The notes beneath the pieces were generated by a model. The model ran no database searches and was not told the DNA's origin. It saw nothing but the letters and a program-made list of their open reading frames with translations. Below, piece after piece: positions 58,070 to 64,000 of a stretch of DNA of 64,000 nt; the stretch's first letter is position 1, and the number at the start of each line of letters is the position of its first letter. The stretch is from an uncultured Bacteroidales bacterium (GTDB lineage Bacteria; Bacteroidota; Bacteroidia; Bacteroidales; UBA4417), in the NCBI GenBank assembly GCA_903879715.1, contig CAIRMR010000040.1, positions 7,119 to 71,118 of the forward strand, written 5' to 3'. The position numbers were made by a program, and so were the translations under genes.

Positions 58070-58345
58070 GTTCATTCAGTAGTCTTTCAGTAGTCATTCA
58101 GTAGTTTTTCGATGGTCATTCAGTAGTCATTCGATGGTCATTCAGTAGTTATTCAGTAGTCATTCGATGGTCATTCAGTAGTCATTCAGTTGTCATTCAG
58201 TAGTTTTTCGATGGTCATTCAGTAGTCATTCGATGGTCATTCAGTAGTCATTCAGTAGTCATTCGATGGTCATTCAGTAGTCATTCAGTAGTCATTCAGT
58301 AGTTTTTCGATGGTCATTCAGTAGTCATTCGATGGTCATTCAGTA
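58070..58345. repeat. Tandem array of 25 units of 11 nt (GTCATTCAGTA / GTCATTCGATG / GTTTTTCGATG) with a 99-bp (9-unit) higher-order period
   Basis: Manual unit-by-unit parse. After a first 12-nt unit, 24 units of exactly 11 nt run from 58082 to 58345. The GTTTTTCGATG variant recurs at 58104, 58203 and 58302. Confidence 0.9.
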
Positions 58346-58524
58346 GTTGCTTGGGAAATGGGATTTGGGTATTTTTTATTCCATATTTCAATTCAAAGTC
58401 ACAAATCAAAAATCACAAGTCGCAAATTAAAAATCACAAATTCAAGATTAATAGTATCAAACCAAAATCATCCATTGTCCAAGTTTCACCATTTTACGCT
58501 CTTTCATCAACAAAAACCACCAAC

Positions 58525-59928
58525 TTGAAAAAAGTCGTCAGAAATAAAATAAGGTACATTTCTATTTTAATTATGCTGTTTTGGGCATTTGGTGCTGGAG
58601 CTCAGAACCAGCCTCCTGTTGTTCAGAAAACACCGCCAACAACCCGGATTCTTTTTATTTTTGATGCTTCGCAGAGCATGCTGGGCAGATGGCAAAGCGA
58701 TACGAAATTTAATATAGCCAAGCGAATTATGTCGGAAATGCTTGATAGCATTGCCAACCTGAAGAATGCGGAATTTGCATTACGGGTTTATGGACACCAG
58801 TTCCAATATCCGCCCCAGGTTTGCAGCGACACAAAGCTGGAAGTACCTTTTGCTCCGGGAAATGTTGGAAAAATCAAAAGTAGGTTGCGTACAATAAATG
58901 CAAGAGGAACCACACCACTTGCTTTTTCGCTGGAACAATCAGCCAAAGACTTTCCCCCTTGTGCCAACTGCCGTAATATTGTGGTTCTAATTACCGATGG
59001 CATGGAAGAATGCAGCGGCGATCCATGTGCGGTATCAAAAATGCTTCAGAAAAACGGGATTATCCTGAAACCTTTTATAATAGGTATAGGGCAGGATTTT
59101 AACCTGGCTTTCAATTGCATTGGCACCTATTTTGATGCGTCAAGCGAAAAAGATTTAAAAAAAGCATTAAACGTTGTTATATCACAGGCGCTTAATTCAA
59201 CCACCATGCAGGTCAACCTGCTTGATGAATCGGGCAGACCTACTGAAACCGATGCAGGTATGACTTTTACCGATTTGTATTCAGGTAAAATAAAGTACAA
59301 CTATATCCATACCATGAATAACCGCGGTTTACCCGACACATTGGTCGTTGATCCACTGGTAACCTATCGTGTTGACATTCATACATTACCCCCGGTAGTT
59401 ATTGATACACTTCGGATTACACCCGGGAAACACACAGTTGTCGCAACAGATGCGCCGCAAGGATACCTGCAATTGAAAATGGCCGGTGTGAGCAACGCGT
59501 CAAAAGGATTGCAATCGATTGTCAGAAAAAGCAAGACAATGCAAACGCTCAATGTTCAGAATTTCGGAGAAACGGAAAAGTACATTACCGGCAAATACGA
59601 TCTGGAAGTCCTTTCATTACCACGTATTTCATTAAATGACATTGATATCAGACAAAGTCATACAACAACTATCGAAATACCTGAACCTGGAATAGCTGTG
59701 TTCAGAAAATCATTTAACGGGTATGGCACTTTATTGCTTAACGATAAAAACAAGCTTACCCGGATTTATGAACTTAATGAAACCCTCACGCTGGAAACAC
59801 TTTATCTCCAACCTGGCAGTTACCGTATTGTTTTCCGGCCGAAAAACTCCCGATCTACTTTATATACAGTTGAACAAAGCTTCATAATCGAATCCGGAAA
59901 AACAACTGACATTCAATTATATAAGTAG
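58525..59928 (+). CDS. Secreted von Willebrand factor type A (vWA) domain protein
   Basis: The ORF track starts at 58351, but those first 58 codons read through simple-repeat DNA. In-frame TTG 58525 gives MKKVVRNKIRYISILIMLFWAFGAGAQ (ATG 58573 is an alternative start). MIDAS motif ILFIFDASQSM, later ARGTTPL and VLITDGMEE. Confidence 0.7.
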   Translation: MKKVVRNKIRYISILIMLFWAFGAGAQNQPPVVQKTPPTTRILFIFDASQSMLGRWQSDTKFNIAKRIMSEMLDSIANLKNAEFALRVYGHQFQYPPQVCSDTKLEVPFAPGNVGKIKSRLRTINARGTTPLAFSLEQSAKDFPPCANCRNIVVLITDGMEECSGDPCAVSKMLQKNGIILKPFIIGIGQDFNLAFNCIGTYFDASSEKDLKKALNVVISQALNSTTMQVNLLDESGRPTETDAGMTFTDLYSGKIKYNYIHTMNNRGLPDTLVVDPLVTYRVDIHTLPPVVIDTLRITPGKHTVVATDAPQGYLQLKMAGVSNASKGLQSIVRKSKTMQTLNVQNFGETEKYITGKYDLEVLSLPRISLNDIDIRQSHTTTIEIPEPGIAVFRKSFNGYGTLLLNDKNKLTRIYELNETLTLETLYLQPGSYRIVFRPKNSRSTLYTVEQSFIIESGKTTDIQLYK

Positions 59929-60086
59929 TATTACAAAAAAAACAGTTTTCCCGTTCAGGCAAATTATAATGAAATTCTTTTTCAGATAGCACCTTTTAAT
60001 TTCCGAACCATTAAACCTTTGGACGCTAAAGCTGTCCTACAATGAGTTAAAATAGTTGGATTCTTACTTAGCTTTGTTTGCTGCTC

Positions 60087-60635
60087 ATGCCTGAATACAC
60101 TGACATTGAACTGGTTGAATTATTTCGTAATGCCGATAAGAAGCATTACGCGTTTAATTTATTGGTGCGCAAATACCAGGAAAAAGTGTATTATTTTGTC
60201 AGGCGTATGGTAGTTGACCACGACGATTCGGATGATGTGGTACAAAATATTTTCATAAAAGTTTGGAACAACCTTGATTCCTTCCGCGAGGATTCCAAGC
60301 TATTTACATGGCTTTATCGCATCGCTGTTAATGAATCACTTAGCTTCTTGAAAAGCAAGCAGTTGCGTTCTTACTTGTCTTTATCCTCACCAGAGGCGAT
60401 GCTGGTAAAATCATTGCACGACGATCCATATTTCGATGGGGAGGAAATACAAAAACGTCTTAAAGAGGCTATAATCAGGCTTCCTAAAAAGCAGCAACTG
60501 GTTTTTAATATGCGGTATTATGATGAGCTGAGTTACGACGAAATGTCAGAAATATTAGGCACCTCCGTCGGAGCGTTGAAAGCATCATACCATTTCGCGG
60601 TAAAAAAAGTTGAAGATTTTGTTACCTCAAATTAA
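60087..60635 (+). CDS. ECF-subfamily RNA polymerase sigma-70 factor
   Basis: The ORF track starts at TTG 60078; ATG is at 60087. Region 2: DDVVQNIFIKVWNNLDSFREDSKLFTWLYRIAVNESL. Region 4: LPKKQQLVFNMRYYDELSYDEMSEILGTSVGALKASYHFAVKKV. Confidence 0.88.
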   Translation: MPEYTDIELVELFRNADKKHYAFNLLVRKYQEKVYYFVRRMVVDHDDSDDVVQNIFIKVWNNLDSFREDSKLFTWLYRIAVNESLSFLKSKQLRSYLSLSSPEAMLVKSLHDDPYFDGEEIQKRLKEAIIRLPKKQQLVFNMRYYDELSYDEMSEILGTSVGALKASYHFAVKKVEDFVTSN

Positions 60636-60641
60636 ACTTTA

Positions 60642-61178
60642 ATGAATTGGCAAAGTCATATACATATCATGAAACGCAAACAAAACATATTAAAACAAAC
60701 TCACGAGTCAGAACAGCTTTCCCCGGTTCTGACAAAACTGAGGAATGATAATCAAGGGTTTAAAGTTCCTGAGGGTTATTTCAATTCACTGGGTCCACGT
60801 ATTACTGACAAAATAAAAAAACAGGAAAACAGGTCAATTATAAAGATTTTAGTTCCCTCTTTCAGGAAACCCCTGGTATGGATTCCTGTTTTGTCAACAG
60901 CAGTTGTTGCAGTCTTACTGATTTTTGTAGTTCCGGCTAAAAAAACATTAACAACACCGGCTGTTGACGAATGGGCCGAAATAAATATGGCATACGATGC
61001 ATCCTATGCTGAAGAAGTATTGCTTGCCGAAAGTTATATTTATGATAAAGAGATTGAAAGCTCAGTAGTTAGTAATCCAGGATATGTAACTCTTAGTAAA
61101 AATGAGCCAACCATAGATGAAATAACGGAATACCTTAAAGAACAGGAAATAGACACTGACATTATAAATGAATACTAA
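60642..61178 (+). CDS. Putative anti-sigma factor / single-pass membrane protein
   Basis: 178 aa. One TM segment (LVWIPVLSTAVVAVLLIFVV). Starts 7 nt after the sigma factor stop. ATG 60669 is an alternative start. Confidence 0.55.
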   Translation: MNWQSHIHIMKRKQNILKQTHESEQLSPVLTKLRNDNQGFKVPEGYFNSLGPRITDKIKKQENRSIIKILVPSFRKPLVWIPVLSTAVVAVLLIFVVPAKKTLTTPAVDEWAEINMAYDASYAEEVLLAESYIYDKEIESSVVSNPGYVTLSKNEPTIDEITEYLKEQEIDTDIINEY

Positions 61179-61188
61179 AAACAGAAAT

Positions 61189-61791
61189 ATGAAGACAAAT
61201 TTTGTAAAAATTACAGCTGCTACTGTTCTTCTGGCACTTACTATATTGGTAAATCCAACTTTTGTAAATGCTCAACAGGATAATCTCAAACCGGCTCAAC
61301 AAGACAACCAACTTATTGCTCAGCAAAATGATCTGAGTTCACAAAACAACCAGATGAGAACTCAAAATAACAAACAAAATACGCAAGGCAAACAGCATGG
61401 CGACCAACACAAAAATGTTGAAGCACAACGAATCGCTTTTATAACAAAGGAACTTAATTTAACTCCTGACGAAGCCAAAGTTTTCTGGCCTGTTTATAAC
61501 GAATACGATGCTAAACGCCATGATTTGAAGAAATCATTCAAAGAATCAGGTGATTTTCATGAAAAAAATATTGATAAACTTACGGAGAAAGAAGCAAATC
61601 AAATTCTTGACAACCAGATTATTGAAGCGCAGAAATTCCTTGACCTGAGGAAAGAATACCACGCTAAATTCAAAGCTGTACTTCCTGCGGTTAAAGTATT
61701 GAAATTATATGATGCCGAACGCGAATTTCAAAAAATTCTAATTGACAAGATCAGGCAACATAAACAAAATCCTTCTGCAGATAAAAAATAA
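61189..61791 (+). CDS. Periplasmic Spy/CpxP-like helical protein, third gene of the ECF cluster
   Basis: The ORF track starts at 61168. ATG 61189 gives the signal peptide MKTNFVKITAATVLLALTILVNPTFVNAQ. A Gln/Asn-rich linker is followed by LTPDEAKVFWPVYNEYDAKRHDL, typical of this Bacteroidota sigma-cluster partner. Confidence 0.6.
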   Translation: MKTNFVKITAATVLLALTILVNPTFVNAQQDNLKPAQQDNQLIAQQNDLSSQNNQMRTQNNKQNTQGKQHGDQHKNVEAQRIAFITKELNLTPDEAKVFWPVYNEYDAKRHDLKKSFKESGDFHEKNIDKLTEKEANQILDNQIIEAQKFLDLRKEYHAKFKAVLPAVKVLKLYDAEREFQKILIDKIRQHKQNPSADKK

Positions 61792-61810
61792 ACAGGGGTA
61801 TTCCGAATGT

Positions 61811-61852
61811 AAAAAAGAAGGCTGACAAAAAAATGTCAGCCTTCTTTTTTTT
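61811..61852. terminator. Bidirectional rho-independent terminator between the ECF cluster and rho
   Basis: AAAAAAGAAGGCTGACA aaaaaaa TGTCAGCCTTCTTTTTTTT. An A-run and a T-run flank a 12-bp stem. Confidence 0.85.
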
Positions 61853-61886
61853 GATTTGCCTGTTATAAATCAGATAACGATCAAGA

Positions 61887-63965
61887 CTAGCTATTCATGG
61901 AGATCAGGAATTCTTCGTTGGTATTAGTGAATTTCATTCTGTCCCTCAGGAAATCCATGGCTTCGATCGGATTCATATCGGCGAGGTGATTGCGAAGAAC
62001 CCATAAACGCTGCAGAACATCTTTTTCGAGTAACAGATCATCGCGGCGGGTACTTGAAGCAACAATGTCGATTGCAGGGAAGATGCGCTTGTTCGAAAGT
62101 TTACGATCGAGCTGAAGTTCCATGTTACCGGTACCTTTGAATTCCTCGAAAATAACCTCATCCATACGTGAACCGGTTTCAGTAAGCGCAGTTGCAATGA
62201 TTGTAAGCGATCCGCCGTTTTCAATCTGTCGGGCAGCACCAAAAAACCGTTTAGGTTTTTGCAGCGCGTTTGCTTCAACACCACCTGAAAGTACTTTCCC
62301 GGAAGCAGGAGCAACCGTATTGTAAGCTCTGGCTAAACGGGTAATTGAGTCAAGAAGTATAACCACATCATGGCCACATTCCGTTAAGCGCTTGGCTTTT
62401 TCCAGAACCAGGTTTGCAATTCGTACATGGCGGTCAGCCGGTTCATCAAAAGTGGACGAAATAACCTCTGCCTTTACATTGCGCGCCATATCGGTAACTT
62501 CCTCAGGACGTTCGTCAATAAGTAATACAATCAGATAGGCTTCCGGATGGTTGTAAGCAATTGCGTTGGCAATTTCTTTCAGTAATACAGTTTTACCGGT
62601 TTTCGGCTGGGCTACGATAAGACCGCGTTGTCCTTTACCAATCGGGCTGAAAAGATCAATGATACGGGTGCTTATGCTTGAGCCGGGGTGGCCTGTAAGT
62701 TTGAATTTCTTTTCAGGGAATAAAGGTGTGAGGTAATCAAAAGGAATACGGTCGCGGATTTCTTCGGGAAGTTTTCCATTGATATTTTCAACTTTTACAA
62801 GCGGGAAATATTTTTCTCCTTCTTTAGGTGGACGGATAGTTCCTTTTACAGTGTCACCGGTTTTAAGCCCAAATAACTTTATCTGTGATTGTGAAACATA
62901 AACATCATCAGGTGAACTCAGATAATTGTAATCGGATGAACGCAGGAATCCATACCCATCGGGCATCATTTCGAGTACACCTTCGCAGCTTACAATTCCT
63001 TCGAATTCCCAGGAATAATCTTCACGCGGAGGTTGCTGTGGCTGTTGTGGACGGCGGTCGTTACGATCATTGCGCTCACCACGGCCATACCGTTGCATGT
63101 CTCTGGAAATATCATTGGTTCGGGCTTGTTCTCCCTGCAAATTGCCATTCTGTGGCACTTCTTCTACTTCTTCATCCTGCACTACAATTTCGCGTCGGCT
63201 CAGGATTTCAGAATTCGGTTCTTTGAAATCAAAGGAAGGAATAAATTCATCATGCATCGAAGATTTTTCCTCACTTAATAAAGCTGCATCATCTTCCTGA
63301 ATCGCGGCCCTTGGTTTTGGTTTCCAATCGTTGTTCCTGACAGGAATCTCCTGAGGCGCAGCAGGTGTATCAGTGCCGTTAACAATGGGAGTAGTTGTAT
63401 TATCATCCCTGTCCTGCGGGCGGCGGCCCCGACGACGACGCTCATGGAATTCCTGTAGTTCCCATGCAGGAACATTGGTTGATTCAGGACGTTCGAATGA
63501 TTTAACCGAAGGTATATCATCATCGGATTTGTTTTCATCCCTGTTAAAACTCCTGCGAGGTTCGTAAGGAGTTATTACACGTTTTGGCGGTTGATTTGTC
63601 TCAACAGGTTTTGCTTCTACAGGTGATTCAGCAATAAAAAGTTTTTCTTCCTTTATTTCAGGAATAACCACCTTTTCTGCAATTACGTTTTCAGCAATTA
63701 AGTCTTGTTTTGGCTTGCTTTCTACCTTCCTGACTTCTTTCAGTTTTTCAACCGGAATACGTTGGCGTGCGCCTTTTTGAGGGAAAACACGTGCTTTTTT
63801 TTCGGCTTCCAGGATGTCGGGAGTGGGATTTGCAGCTTGTTGGTCAAGTATCTGGTAAACCAGGTCTTGCTTTTTCATTGTTTCGCTCTTGCGGATATTA
63901 AACTGCTTTGCAATGTCGCGTAATTCATTGAGCAGCTTACCTTCGAGTTCGCTTTTATCGTACAT
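61887..63965 (-). CDS. rho: Transcription termination factor Rho with a large low-complexity insertion after the N-terminal helix bundle
   Basis: 692 aa. Rho_N: [32 protein letters not shown]-like: [16 protein letters not shown]...[18 protein letters not shown]. Walker A: [16 protein letters not shown]-terminus: [14 protein letters not shown]. Confidence 0.93.
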   Translation of the reverse strand: MYDKSELEGKLLNELRDIAKQFNIRKSETMKKQDLVYQILDQQAANPTPDILEAEKKARVFPQKGARQRIPVEKLKEVRKVESKPKQDLIAENVIAEKVVIPEIKEEKLFIAESPVEAKPVETNQPPKRVITPYEPRRSFNRDENKSDDDIPSVKSFERPESTNVPAWELQEFHERRRRGRRPQDRDDNTTTPIVNGTDTPAAPQEIPVRNNDWKPKPRAAIQEDDAALLSEEKSSMHDEFIPSFDFKEPNSEILSRREIVVQDEEVEEVPQNGNLQGEQARTNDISRDMQRYGRGERNDRNDRRPQQPQQPPREDYSWEFEGIVSCEGVLEMMPDGYGFLRSSDYNYLSSPDDVYVSQSQIKLFGLKTGDTVKGTIRPPKEGEKYFPLVKVENINGKLPEEIRDRIPFDYLTPLFPEKKFKLTGHPGSSISTRIIDLFSPIGKGQRGLIVAQPKTGKTVLLKEIANAIAYNHPEAYLIVLLIDERPEEVTDMARNVKAEVISSTFDEPADRHVRIANLVLEKAKRLTECGHDVVILLDSITRLARAYNTVAPASGKVLSGGVEANALQKPKRFFGAARQIENGGSLTIIATALTETGSRMDEVIFEEFKGTGNMELQLDRKLSNKRIFPAIDIVASSTRRDDLLLEKDVLQRLWVLRNHLADMNPIEAMDFLRDRMKFTNTNEEFLISMNS

Positions 63966-64000
63966 GCGAATGGGATTGATTGGAAGAATAATTGGGCGTT

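Noticed and set aside
58070-58345. Possible CRISPR array (also considered for 54301..54581)
   Set aside because: The units are contiguous (11 nt, or about 61 nt) with no unique spacers between them. There is no leader and no cas genes in the window.
58351-58524. N-terminal 58-codon extension of the vWA ORF
   Set aside because: It reads through simple tandem DNA words (KSQIKNHKSQIKNHK) and lacks a signal peptide. The in-frame TTG at 58525 gives a canonical secretion signal.
60005-60027. ECF-type promoter (GAAC-N15-CGCT) upstream of the sigma factor gene
   Set aside because: It is a single weak match with non-canonical spacing and there is no second example in the window. That is too little to call.

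Overview
This 64-kb chromosomal segment looks like Bacteroidota. It has T9SS C-terminal sorting domains, TonB-dependent receptors with CarboxypepD_reg N-termini, a GLPGLI protein and TAnnTTTG-type promoter boxes. I support about 47 protein genes and one tRNA-Leu(UAG). Housekeeping genes include tig-clpP-clpX, rho, gcvT, tpx, a DPP-III peptidase and a GH1 beta-glucosidase. A complete phosphate module is present (DUF47-PiT, pstSCAB-phoU, PhoB/PhoR-like pair), surrounded by outer-membrane genes: a porin O/P-like protein, three TonB-type barrels and a T9SS-secreted protein. There are two tandem C10 (streptopain-like) cysteine peptidase paralogs fused to Asp-box propellers, a GH3/beta-lactamase-fold fusion, and a vWA plus ECF sigma cluster. 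I recognised no transposase, integrase, CRISPR-cas or classical defence genes. The four most interesting signals are non-coding. (1) TTAACA-like heptamers phased at 11 bp sit at a fixed 16-bp offset from TAnnTTTG boxes in four promoters, with a fifth, looser case at pstS. This is a candidate Pho box, and it would draw a divergent TonB receptor/T9SS protein pair and a split CarboxypepD_reg-domain/porin pair into the Pho regulon. (2) Intergenic spacers carry hairpins built from short tandem k-mers, with a short block facing a longer complementary block. Each spacer uses a different k-mer, and one exact 19-mer is shared between two loci. (3) A 25-unit array of 11-nt repeats has a 99-bp higher-order period, and related GTCATTC words flank the GH3 fusion gene on both sides. 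(4) Two degenerate copies of the tRNA-Leu 3' end, each with a terminator, lie just downstream of the tRNA and contain anti-acceptor hairpins. All functional calls come from motif recognition by eye; no database search was run.
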